From contig JAUCBJ010006446.1 in assembly GCA_032718475.1 (NCBI GenBank), positions 1-36,623 on the forward strand: 36,623 bases of DNA. Direction: 5' to 3'. The translations under genes and the position numbers were made by a program. The notes beneath the pieces are model-generated. The model was not told the DNA's origin and made no database searches. It saw nothing but the letters and a program-made list of their open reading frames with translations. This stretch comes from Nemertoderma westbladi. Its lineage: Eukaryota > Animalia > Xenacoelomorpha. Shown here piece after piece: positions 11,621 through 23,197 of this stretch; position 1 is the stretch's first letter; each line of letters opens with the position of its first letter.

Positions 11621-12404
11621 GTTTAATTAATTAATACCCCCGAGTAAGTGGGTGTCCTTACTAAAGCAGGGTGTTTCAAAGCCCCTCATATTGTTCCAGA
11701 ATTTATGAAAATCTTAAAATAGCAATTATATTGGTAAGTAACCCTGATAATTTAACTTTCTGGAAAGTCTCTGGTTCACTCCAATAACCACCGTTTTTAG
11801 GAATATAAAACAAAGACGCACAACAACATGCCTTAGGCGTATGTTGTCTAAAGCATTAGATAATTAGATATCCCTCGTTTAGTCTAGAATTTGTCTTAAT
11901 AATCTTTCCTACTGTATATTGTAACTGCCAAAAGATAATAAAACTGATTAAATTATTAAACAAATTCCCGTTGCTCTGGAAACTAAATTGTTACATTATC
12001 TATGTAGAAGTAAATAGTTCAGTCAATAATCATTAGACAATTAAAACATTGTCTCCTGCACTAAAGGTTGTTGAAATGTGATACCCTTGTTGCTAATGAA
12101 CAAAACATGAAATTAAAAGTGATCCGCATAACTTATTTTATAAACTGTTTTTGGTGATATTAGCAAGATAATGTACTGTAGTATCAAAAAAATTGGTTTG
12201 TATGAATTCCGAATAAATGAACTCTTCTGTGGACTTATTATGCTGAATTCAATGCATTGACATACGAAAGGGGTCATCCATAAAGTACGACCGAGTAATC
12301 CCCGGATATTTATTTTGCTTAGATATTAAGTGGTATTATTGGCGTCTAATGCATTGTATTACTGGTATAATTTAATGCACACGTACTGTAATTCTGGGTC
12401 TGAG

Positions 12405-12705
12405 TATTCAGCTTGAGGGGCGAGCTTAGCATACGGGTGTTTCTGTTTCAAACCTTGTCTGTCGGTTGGTCGGTTGGTCTGTCTCGGGGTTTGTCTGTCG
12501 CATAATGTTTAAAGTATAATAACTCAGTAAAACTTGGATGAAATTTAACCAAACTTGGTGCTATACACGTGAATAGCATTTGCACAGCACTTTGTCAGCT
12601 GCAGTTCTCCAGCACTCCCGCTAGAAGTCGTCTGGTCTATGCAACAGCTGAAATAGTAGTACCCGTATGCTAAGCTTCCAGTCCCACAAACCTGTTTCCA
12701 GAGTA
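12405..12705 (+). mobile_element. Helentron-associated non-autonomous element (HINE/DINE-1-like), short
   Basis: 16-bp perfect subterminal inverted repeat AGCTTAGCATACGGGT (12423-12438 and 12661-12676), followed by a GTCT/GTCG/GTTG microsatellite and AAACTTGG motifs. Ends are approximate. Confidence 0.55.
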
Positions 12706-12970
12706 TGAATAATTGTATTCCCCTGCCTATAAGTGCTAAAAGTATTATTTTGTATTATTTGTATCTTAGTTTACTAGTTGTTTTCAGTATTTGTATGTAT
12801 ATTGTCGCCATTCCCCATTTCCCCTAATGTACGCAGTATATCCGTTAGGGTTCTTTTGCAATTTAGTTGACCTATGTTTTCAAACTTGACTATATCACCT
12901 ACCATACCAACGTTATTGATGTTCTAGAACACTTATGTTTTATTTTAAACATTTTTTAATATTAAGAATG

Positions 12971-14050
12971 AAAAATACAAGCTGGCAAGCCTGGAAGGTT
13001 CACGGTCCTCCTACTTAATCAGTACAATAATAATACGTTTTCGTTCGGGTAGGCCTATGTTTCCTTTTCACTTGTTCGCATCGTACAGTCGTAGGCGACC
13101 TCATGCTCCTGTGCTCATCCCACCACGACCACGACCACCAGTTACGAGTTGGGTAGGCGTCTACCGGCAACCGGTAAGTAATTACGCGCCACACGACGTC
13201 ATCCCGCCATCCGCCAACATTTATACCGGTACGGTAAGCCTACCACCTACCGGCTGGCTACCATCGCACCGTAGGTCTACCGCCTACGCCTACCGGTCAA
13301 CCGGTAACGGTAGGCTACCGCGTACCGGTACAGCGGTACTCAAAGTCGTACCGGTATTGTCGTAATTGACAAATGCAGGATTAAACCGTAACCCGTTCCA
13401 GTACCGGTACCATATGCATCTGAACGACTGGACGGTTAATCTCATAGCATAGCTGCATAGGCCTACTGGTAGTCAGTGCGAAGTCGCCTGCGAACATGGC
13501 GAAATATTATATTTACTGCTAGGGCTAGGCTAGGACCTACTGCTGTACTGACCTATGACAGTATGAAGATAGGCAGATAGGCCTACAGTGGTCAGGTAGT
13601 ACCGGTCCGGTATGCCTACTACAGGCAGACAATCAGACAGTACTAGCAGTGCTAATTAATTACCTTAATTAAATCTTCAATTAGGTCATAATGTAGGTCC
13701 AAATTTAAAAATCGGCCTCCGTTAATCGATTTACAAATAATTCAGGTACCTCCATGCCAAATATCAGAATCATTCATTGCGTTCCCTATGACAAGATAGC
13801 TTTTTCCTAAACCATGCGAAAACACGCAAATATAGCGCTCACATCGCACAAATACCATCTCGACACCCAATTTTTTGTATGAGCCTTCGCCATCCCTATA
13901 TCTAACTTTTGTCCAAATTTTGTTTCGATTGATTAATAAATAACTGAGATATCGCTCTGGACACACACACACACACACACACACTAACACACACACACAC
14001 ACACATTACGGTAATAATGGTCACCTATGTCAAGGACCGTGAACCAATAC
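12971..14050 (-). mobile_element. HINE/DINE-1-like non-autonomous element
   Basis: 13-bp subTIR GGTTCACGGTCCT (12997-13009 and 14033-14045), (CA)n at 13960-14005 near one end, AAAAATACAAG terminus and A-rich flanks. Confidence 0.55.
13960..14005. repeat. (CA)n microsatellite
   Basis: Direct reading. Confidence 0.95.
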
Positions 14051-14619
14051 TTAAAAAATATATATAAAAAAATATATCAATATATTTAAATATAATAATA
14101 TAAAAAATATATATATTTTTTTTTTTCATTTTTTTTATAATTGTATTCTAGATTAATTTTATCACATAAACAATACTAATACAAATTTCATGGCCAGCTA
14201 AACTTGTCAACTAAAGTGCAAAAGAAATAATTTAACTTAATTTAACTTACTTAAATTTAACTGTTATACTGCAATTAAAATAGAATTGCACTTGTATATA
14301 ACTAGAAATTGTTGTATTTTTTTATTATTAGTAATTAAATTTAGTTACCCTAGTTGTCTTGTTTAGTTCAAGATTTTATAAGGTTGTTAATACACCAAGT
14401 TTCTGACTGTTAGCTACATATTGGTGCACAAATCTGGATCCCTGGATCTTGTCGCTTCTTCTTTCTATTATGTGATGGTGTACAGCATTGTAGTGGATTC
14501 TTACGTGTTCAAATAAATTATTATTATTTTTTGCATTATTCGCATAGCAAACATAAATCGAAATTATAAATTAAATATGTAAAGCAAATTATTTTGATTT
14601 AACATTCGAATTTAACGCT

Positions 14620-15130
14620 ACTCATTTAGCTAACGACGAAAGTCTGAGATGCGCCCTGGTTAAGGTGGTCGAACACCAAAAAATTTGAAATGGCTGACTT
14701 TTTCATAAAACATCTAATTTAATGCAAAATTTGACGTTGATTCTAAAATCAAGGTCCCTTGACCTGAATCGCTAGCAATCAAAAGTTATGTCATAACCAA
14801 AAGTTTAATCTCATATGCAAAATTGGTTATTGTGTCTGATTGAAAACATCATAGCGAAACGGTTAGTTAGGTCTGGTGTATTTTTTATATTTTGACAGAC
14901 AGACTGAATGACAGACTAACGGACAGACAGGACAATAATCCGTAAATCGTAGAAACCAATACCAGAAATGAAATCACCGATCAGGAAAACCCCATAGCGA
15001 AAGTTTTAATTAGGTGTGGTGAGATTTTTATACAGCATTTTCACAAACAGGCCGAAAGACATACGGACCGACAAACGGACAGAGATTCGAGCGGTTTGGA
15101 CTTAATCTGCGATCTTAATCAACTAAAAAA
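14620..15130 (-). mobile_element. Possible degraded HINE-like element with two diverged internal units
   Basis: ATAGCGAAA...TTAGGT(C/G)TGGTG recurs at about 14850 and 14994, each followed by GACA/GACG microsatellite-like runs. Confidence 0.35.
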
Positions 15131-15290
15131 AATTGCAAAAAATTTATTTTTTTGAAAATTTGAAGGGTTCCTTCTCCCTAAAACCATTCGGCCAACACTG
15201 CTCGAGGTAGAAGATGCATAGTGACATTTTGTTTAGACTGAACTGTCGTAATTCTGAAATTTCGTACTTACCGGTGCGTGGTACCTGTAC

Positions 15291-16440
15291 CAACGAGCAA
15301 CAATTGCTCGTTGTAGCTCATTTTTTGCTCATTGTATTTCGTTGTTGCTCGTTGTTGTGCTTTATTATTGCTCGTTGTTGCTCGTTGTAGCACGCTGTTG
15401 CTCATTGTAGCTCGTTGTGGCTCGTTGTTGCTCATTGTATGTAGTTCGTTGTTGCTCATTGTAGCTCGCTGTTGCTCGTTGTTGTACTTTATTATTGCTC
15501 ATTGTAGCTCGATGTTGCTCATTGTAGCTCGTTGTTGCTCATTGTTGCACATCCTTGTTCTTTATTACTGCTCGTTGCTGTTCGTTATGTTGCTCGTTGT
15601 AGCTCATTGTTGCTCGTTGTGGCTCATTGTTACTCATTGTAATTCGTTGTTGCTCATTGTTGCTCGTTGTTGTACTTTATTATTGCTCGTTGTTGCTTAT
15701 TGTTGTACTTTATTACTGCTCGTTGTTGCTCATTGTTGTACTTTATTACTGCTCATTGTTGCTCGTTGTAGCTCATTGTTGCTCATTGTAGCTCGTTGTT
15801 GTACTTTATTATTGCTCGTTGTTGCTCATTGTAGCTCGTTGTTGTACTTTATTATTGCTCGTTGTTGCTCATTTTAGCTCGTTGTTGTACTTTATTATTG
15901 CTCGTTGTTGCTTATTGTTATACTTTATTACTGCTCATTGTTGCTCGTTGTAGCTCATTGTTGCTCATTGTAGCTCGTTGTTGTACTTTATTATTGCTCG
16001 TTGTTGCTCATTGTAGCTTGTTGTTGTACTTTATTATTGCTCGTTGTTGCTCATTGTAGCTCGTTGTTGTACTTTATTATTGCTCGTTGTTGCTTATTGT
16101 TGTACTTTATTATTGCTCGTTGTTGCTCATTGTAGCTCGTTGTTGTACTTTATTATTGCTCGTTGTTGCTCATTGTAGCTCGTTGTTGTACTTTATTATT
16201 GCTCGTTGTTGCTTATTGTTGTACTTTATTATTGCTCGTTGTTGCTCATTGTAGCTCGTTGTTGTACTTTATTATTGCTCGTTGTTGCTCATTGTAGCTC
16301 GTTGTTGTACTTTATTATTGCTCGTTGTTGCTCATTGTAGCTCGTTGTTGTACTTTATTATTGCTCGTTGTTGCTTATTGTTGTACTTTATTACTGCTCA
16401 TTGACGTTGTTGCTCATTGTTGGTCATTGTTGCTCGTTGT
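15291..16440. repeat. Complex TTG/CTC minisatellite (TTGTTGCTCG / TTGTAGCTCG / TACTTTATTATTGCTCG units)
   Basis: Direct reading. Its 3-periodic structure produces the spurious LLLIVARCC ORFs. Confidence 0.92.
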
Positions 16441-16498
16441 GCATTTTAGCACCTACCATATATACCATTCCGTGACACAACTATATAATTATTTTGTT

Positions 16499-17294
16499 TC
16501 TGTGTCATTTTCATGACACAACAACATTATTGCGAACTCAAGTTAAAGCAATGTGTCATGAAATATTTCGCTGTTGTGGTGGGAAATTCAAATTTGCAGT
16601 TGTGCCACATTCTGAAATTATATTAATTGAAATAACTTCAGTTCGCAATAATGTTATATTGTTGCTAAGTTCATTACATCATAAAGTTGAGTAAATCTAC
16701 TGATGTACCACTCTTACACGAACTCGCTATGGCCTTGCGGCTTACGGGATATACATGTAATGATGTAATGAACTTAAGCAACAATACAGCAATAGGCCTA
16801 CTCCAATACTGTAATGCAATAGATGGATAGGGCGGAGTGGTTGAGTTGCATAGCATAGAGGGGGTCAGGCAATCTACCAAGTTTACAAAATTACAGTATT
16901 ATTTATCAATGTTTATGATCATGAATTTAAGTAATTGTAGTGTCAATATACGCGCAAGGATATAAGCCATGTGTGAAATTATTGAGATTAAATGTGTATT
17001 TGAATGGATCTAAAATCACCCTCCATAGAAACCAATGTAAGAAATTATCAGAGCACTGCGTAATGACGTCAAAACTGTAGCAGCCAATCACAGCCGATTT
17101 TCAAAATTGGCTTCCCGGGCTTACTTAAACCCGCCATTTCGACAGTTTCCACGTGTTTTTACAAAAAACACACCCCGCCACTCGATTCAGGGCACCCCTT
17201 CTTACCCCTTATTCGATTGTTTCTAGCCCAACAATTTTTTCGCGCACCAACCCTATTGTGGAATAAAGTTGTTGTGTCATGAAAATGACACAGA
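16499..17294. mobile_element. Inverted-repeat-bounded segment (putative MITE or foldback remnant)
   Basis: 27-bp perfect IR TCTGTGTCATTTTCATGACACAACAAC (16499-16525 and 17268-17294). A second internal IR spans about 16523-16545 and 16633-16655. Confidence 0.5.
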
Positions 17295-17298
17295 CACA

Positions 17299-17510
17299 AT
17301 TTAACGTGAAGTTGACGGCGAATTCACAACATTTTAATTTTGACGTGTAATTCTTCACGTCACCTTTTCGCGCCAAAATTGAAAGGCAAAATTGTACCTT
17401 TAATAGCAAATTGTGATGTCCAAATGTGACGTGAAATGGTGAAAATGACGTGAAATTCTTCACGTCAAAATTAAAATGTTGTGAAATCGCCGTCAACTTC
17501 ACATCAAATT
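17299..17510. repeat. About 210-bp imperfect palindrome
   Basis: GTGAAGTTGACGGCGAATTCACAACATTTTAATTTTGACGTG pairs with CACGTCAAAATTAAAATGTTGTGAAATCGCCGTCAACTTCAC (17461-17502). Confidence 0.8.
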
Positions 17511-17952
17511 CACAACACATTTTTTTACCATAGAAGTCAATGTTAGAAAAGAGTTTTGTTATGGCCCGATATGAGCCACCGTAAAACATTCTGCCTTGAA
17601 CAAACCATATGTTTAAAGCATTACGAAACAATCCAATAGAAGGGTCCTATTTAGTATTCAAATCGTAGTGGATTTTGATTGGTCGTTGATGCATCCGCAT
17701 GCACCTGCAGGTCATTCATTTGGTTACCTACAGTAGTATGGTATAGCTATAGGGATGATGTAGAAAAACTAAACTACTGCAGCCGTTAATAGAAAATTCA
17801 TAGATACAGTACTGATAGGCCTAGGTGGTAGTATGGCCTAAATTGATGAAAGAAGTGACAATAGCTTATAGGATTCCAACTACGAAAATTTAAAAGCACA
17901 TTTTTCCGGCATTGGGATTCCCAAATCAAATGGCGCGCTAACTTAATGTTGC

Positions 17953-18196
17953 AGATAGGGGGGAAATTGGACGCAATAAAAATTCATACCTCTCCAGGGG
18001 AAATTTGACGCAAATAACAGATGATTACTCTCAAAAATAAAACTGTAACCTGTTCTATTGTGTTTAGTTTATTGTTTTGGTTAAAAAAAATAACATGCCA
18101 CTGTATCCTGCTCCTTTCCCTAAATTGAGAATTTAACATTGAGGCGGGGCATTAATTCGCCAAGGCGGGTTTTGCGTCCAGGTTCTCCCCCTGTCT
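17953..18196. mobile_element. Small degenerate MITE
   Basis: Imperfect TIR AGATAGGGGGGAAATTGGACGCAA versus TTGCGTCCAGGTTCTCCCCCTGTCT, with a subterminal repeat of the motif at about 17996. Confidence 0.4.
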
Positions 18197-18965
18197 CTAA
18201 TTTTGAGAGAGGGTCCTATGATTAAACTATATAAAAATTCTATAACAATTGACATTATAATTAACTTGGACCAAATACCAGTAGTAATGGTAATATACAT
18301 TATATACTACCGATAATTGGTCCACGGTCCACGGCAAATTTATTATGCGATTGTTAAAAACCATAACCCAGAACCAAAATCACAATGAAAGGGATTACTG
18401 TGGAAGATCACCCATGGTGGTGAACAATCATTCCTTTAGGCTAAAAGATTCTCACATTCAAAAACCATGACCATAAAATACACGAAGTGGGGCCTTCGCG
18501 CAGCACGTGACTTAAATTTAATTTAAGTACTAATTCGAAAGTATTACTGTATTAGCAAATTTTAAGCAGATTTCGCCTAATCACTTTTTACCTCTTTCAT
18601 TTCTATTCAGACATTTCTGACTCTAGCGGTATAGTGAGAACTGAAGATGGATTAGGGTCTCCAGCCCCACAAAGACACAGCCTATGGATGAATAGTACAT
18701 ACGTACATCGGCCAAGTTTCATCTTGAATAACGGATAACGAAATGAGAGACGGATCTCACTTTCAGAAATTTCGTCGTATAGCGGCAGACCGATTAAATC
18801 TCTCCCCCCCCCCCCCCCCCCCCCCACAAAGACGCAGCATGTGGTCCAGAATATATGGCAAGATTCAGCTTAAACTGATTAAAATCAATGAGACGGGAGA
18901 ATCTATTCACTTTCAGGCATAAAGTAGTCCTATAGCGGGTGACTGTTGAACTGATTTTCAACAAA

Positions 18966-20295
18966 ACAAATTTTCAACTTGGCAGCTTTAAATTCGACAA
19001 AGTTATAAGCATGTCAATATCATAACGACGACAACGATTTCACTTTCAGACATTTGGCCCTCTAGCGGCAGACTGGAGAACTGCAGATGGATTCGCCTCC
19101 TTTGAAAGTCACAGCTAATGGTCTAATACATATCTGCCAAGTTTCAGCTTAAACGGATTAAAAGCAAAGAAATGGGAGGGCATTTAATGTTTAGACATGT
19201 GGCCCTCTAGCGGGAGACCATTGCACTGATGGTGTCTGAAAGTCTCTCAAAAATCTCAACTTTAGCTCATATTGATACCTACAAATTTTCAACTTGGCAG
19301 CTTTAAATCCGACAAAGTTATTAGCATGTCAAAATCGTAACGACGACAACGATTTCACTTTCAGACCTTTGGCCCTCTAGCGGCAGACTGGAGAACTGCA
19401 GATGGATTCGCCTCCTTTGAAAGTCACAGCTAATGGTCTAATACATATCTGCCAAGTTTCAGCTTAAACGGATTAAAAGCAAAGAAATGGGAGGGCATTT
19501 AATGTTTAGACATGTGGCCCTCTAGCGGGAGACCATTGCACTGATGGTGTCTGAAAGTCTCTCAAAAATCTCAACTTTTGCTCATATTGATACCTACAAA
19601 TTTTCAACTTGGCAGCTTTAAATCCGACAAAGTTATTAGCATGTCAAAATCGTAACGACGACAACGATTTCACTTTCAGATCTTTGGCCCTCTAGCGGCA
19701 GACTGGAGAACTGCAGATGGATTCGCCTCCTTTGAAAGTCACAGCTAATGGTCTAATACATATCTGCCAAGTTTCAGCTTAAACGGATTAAAAGCAAAGA
19801 AATGGGAGGGCATTTAATGTTTAGACATGTGGCCCTCTAGCGGGAGACCATTGCACTGATAGTGTCTGAAAGTCTCTCAAAAATCTCAACTTTTGCTCAT
19901 ATTGATACCTACAAATTTTCAACTTGGCAGCTTTAAATCCGACAAAGTTATTAGCATGTCAAAATCGTAACGACGACAACGATTTCACTTTCAGATCTTT
20001 GGCCCTCTAGCGGCAGACTGGAGAACTGCAGATGGATTCGCCTCCTTTGAAAGTCACAGCTAATGGTCTAATACATATCTGCCAAGTTTCAGCTTAAACG
20101 GATTAAAAGCAAAGAAATGGGAGGGCATTTAATGTTTAGACATGTGGCCCTCTAGCGGGAGACCATTGGACTGATGGTGTCTGAAAATCTCTCAAAAATC
20201 TCAACTTTTGCTCATATTGATACCTACAAATTTTCAACTTGGCAGCTTTAAATCCGACAAAGTTATTAGCATGTCAAAATCGTAACGACGACGAC
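18966..20295. repeat. 315-bp tandem repeat, about 4.2 near-identical copies, each made of two diverged subunits
   Basis: TTTTCAACTTGGCAGC occurs at 18971, 19286, 19601, 19916 and 20231. TGGCCCTCTAGCGG occurs twice per unit. Confidence 0.97.
19055..20176 (-). promoter_or_regulatory. Array of eight co-oriented CTCF-like motifs
   Basis: The minus strand reads CTGCAGTTCT-CCAGTCTG-CCGCTAGAGGGCCA (+ coordinates from 19055, 19370, 19685, 20000) and CATCAGTGCA-ATGGTCTC-CCGCTAGAGGGCCA or one-base variants (19200, 19515, 19830, 20145). This is a motif match only. Confidence 0.5.
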
Positions 20296-20439
20296 GACGA
20301 CAACGACGACGACGACAACTATTTGCATAAATTGACCCACCCCCTAACAGTGTCAATTCGCTAAGGCTCCGCCAACTTCGTGGCTCGCCCCACAATACTG
20401 GTTCTCTTATCAGTACCTGTGGATAATCTGATAATACAG

Positions 20440-22057
20440 GGGTTAAACTTTTCCACGTATGTGCGTACGTATCCCGTTACCTATACATTACATTGAACGA
20501 TTTGACATAGGCGTATGCATACGCGTAGGCGAATACTGTTTCATGATTGGTCCAGATGAGATAGGAGATTATTGTCTTGTCAAAGGTGTCTCTGTTGTAG
20601 CTGTAGGCCTATCATTACATTTCGCATTTGTCTGTCAGGCTGTAGTCTGTAAGTGCCAGTCCGTGTGTCATTTAAGATAGTGAATACCTTCCTGTCTTCT
20701 ATCTGTCTATCGGTACGGCAGCCCTAATTTGTGCTAATCATTGTCATTAATCATAATACTGTACAGTAGTAATAAATCATAATACTGTACAGTAGTAATT
20801 AATCATAATAATCATAATCAAACTTTTCGCATTTCCGATATTTAAACAGGGTGTTTCTAGATCTAGATGTCTAGCAGTTTCCAGGTAAAATAGGCCTACT
20901 GTATAACAACCTGGAGGAAGTTTTGTTAATTATGGAAACTACAAATAATTAATTTAACTTAATTCGTTCTCGCCGACAATGAAATGCAGATATGATTTGG
21001 GCTAATAAAGTGCTGGTATGGCTGGGCTGCATATGAACGGTAACGATTTTACGGGTTAGGGGTTACGGTCAATCTGTATAGGTCTCGGCGAAAATATAAG
21101 GGTGCAAATTCTACAACATCGATTCCATTACCTTTTCGGGAATAGTATTCCAAATCGTATATACCGCTGCACTGCTAAGAAAATGACGTGTTTCCAGTTA
21201 TTTCCGCTTTTTGGGTAAATCTTTTCGACCTACGCGTAGGCCTACGCGTAGCTACGCGTAGTTCTCAACCTTGGGTCATATTTCACCAGTTTTAGAGTTT
21301 TAACATTAACTACGCGTAGGTGCTACGCGTAGCTACACGTAGGTCCTACGCGACCTACGCGTAGGTGCTACCCATAACTATGCCTATACGACCTTTATCA
21401 TTAGTAGGCCTACGTATTCCAAGCGGTTCAGTACTAAAATAAGACAATACTGTATGTTCAATAAACAAACACACAAAACCATCAAATGCTTTCAACAGTA
21501 ATGTATCCTATACCTGTATACTCTATATAGAGGCATACGCTAAGACTACATATTCTTCACTTCATGCGTTGCGCGCGCTTAAATGTGTTAATAATGTTTA
21601 GATTGTTATCAGGACTGCTACGCGTAGCACCTACACGTAGTTTCAAAATATCTACGCGTAGTTCCAAAATACGTACGCGTAGTTTTAAAACACCTACGCG
21701 TAGTTGTTAAAAAGGCAGTAAGTCTGGGGCCTACCGGTAAATAACAGGAATGGAAGTTACAAACTACGCGTAGCTACGCGTAGGTCGAAAAGATTTACCC
21801 CGCTTTTTAGCATATACTGTACCGGTCCCCCCATGGGCCCCGTGTCGAATCTAATTTAACTTAGGCCTAGGCCTATGCATTCAGGCATTTAGCATGACAA
21901 TTCTCGCGTATCTCATCTGGACCAATCAGTAAACAGTATTCGTCTACGCGTATGCATACGCGAATGTCAAATCGCTCAATGCACTGTATAGATATAGATA
22001 CGTGGATACGTACGCACATACGTGGATATGTACGGCATACGTGGTAAAGTTTAACAC
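20440..22057. mobile_element. Non-autonomous Mutator/MULE-like element with long TIRs
   Basis: Imperfect TIRs of about 145-170 bp (20440-20584 and about 21887-22057; GGGTTAAAC...GTTTAACAC) and 9-bp TSD ATAATACAG (20431-20439 and 22058-22066). Confidence 0.8.
21213..21800. mobile_element. 588-bp MITE nested in the MULE-like element (MULE or Merlin type)
   Basis: 27-bp perfect TIR GGGTAAATCTTTTCGACCTACGCGTAG and TSD CGCTTTTT (21205-21212 and 21801-21808; 9 bp if one C is reassigned). It has many CTACGCGTAG palindromes. Confidence 0.88.
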
Positions 22058-22091
22058 ATAATACAGTACGCCTTGAATACTGGAATACAGT

Positions 22092-23058
22092 CAAGGCGTA
22101 CTATATACAAGGCCATGTCATCGAGTTAACTGGGGGCAAGATTTATTTTACAACAATTTGATATTTTGATATGGGGAGAGTTCTATAAATTTTCATTTGC
22201 TGCAATTTTATCAATGGACGTAATTGAAGCATCCTCGTTAAGTAAGATACAAACTTTTATGGTAGCTAGTGTTTTAGGTAGGTTTAGCTAGTAATTTCGA
22301 CACTGGTTCCGATATCCTACTTCCCTCTATAAATATTTTTTAGTAGCTAGTTCTTTGTTACTAATATTTGTATAGAAAATGTGCCAGAAGTTGTTAGCTA
22401 TTCATTTAAAAAAAATATATGTTCTAGAACAAATATTTTTTGTTCTATAACATTTTTTTAGAAAAAAATCTGGATTATATTTATAACGCATGGAACTGTT
22501 CTAAAACGTGTTTAAAATCAATAAAAAGAAATTTCAAAATTTCTTTTTTCAAAAAATTTTTTCACAATATTTTTTTTTCACAATTTTTTTTATTGATTTT
22601 AAACACGTTTTAGAACGATTCCATGCGTTTTAAATAGAATCCAGATTTTTTTCTAAAAAATGTTCTAGAACAAAAAATATTTGTTCTAGAATATAATTTT
22701 TTTAAAAATGAATAGCTAACATCTTCTGGAACATTTTCTATACAAATAATAACAAGATCTAGCTACTACAAAATATTTATAGAGGGAAGTAGGATGTCGG
22801 AACCAGTGTCGAAATTACTAGCTAAACCTATCTAAAATACTAGCTACCATAAAATTTAGTTTCTTGCTTAACGGGGAGACTTCAATTATGTCCATTGACC
22901 AAATGGCAGCAAATGACTGAATGATAATATATAGAACTCTCCCCATATCATAATATCAAATTGTTGTAAAAAAAATCTTGCCCCCAGTCACCGCCCCCAG
23001 TTAACTCGATGGCACGGGCTTATAGGCCCTATAGGCCTATAGCATATAGTACGCCTTG
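22092..23058. mobile_element. Foldback element with P-superfamily-like ends (Galileo-like architecture)
   Basis: Termini CAAGGCGTACTATAT...ATATAGTACGCCTTG, 8-bp TSD AATACAGT (22084-22091 and 23059-23066), arms of about 435-470 bp around an A/T spacer of about 60 bp. Confidence 0.82.
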
Positions 23059-23197
23059 AATACAGTACGGTAATACAGTAATAGAATAGGCTACAGTCTG
23101 ACAGTGTCAGAGGCAGAGCGTTACATCGTTACAGTTCACCCCAGTTAGGTACAGCAAGCAGTAACGGTACCTGTAGTTAGTAAGAAAATATCGAAAC

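Larger units (their letters stand above)
18476..20397 (-). mobile_element. HINE/Helentron-like element with an internal tandem array
   Basis: CACGAAGT and GTGGGGC at 18481-18493 are inverted at 20375-20382 and 20387-20393. There is a (GAC)n microsatellite at 20286-20319 and an internal 315-bp array. Confidence 0.6.

Noticed and set aside
11667-12295. CAGGGTGT and GGGGTCATCCATAAAGTACG, which look like transposon ends
   Set aside because: No matching opposite TIR or TSD was found for either.
15332-16516. Cys/Leu-rich ORFs (LLLIVARCC repeats)
   Set aside because: They are translations of a 3-periodic minisatellite with non-ATG starts.
17209-17631. 140-aa minus-strand ORF
   Set aside because: It has a non-ATG start, runs through a palindromic repeat and shows no domain signal.
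20459-22094. Two similar short ORFs on opposite strands (MCVRI...IGPDEI)
   Set aside because: They are translations of the two TIRs of the MULE-like element.
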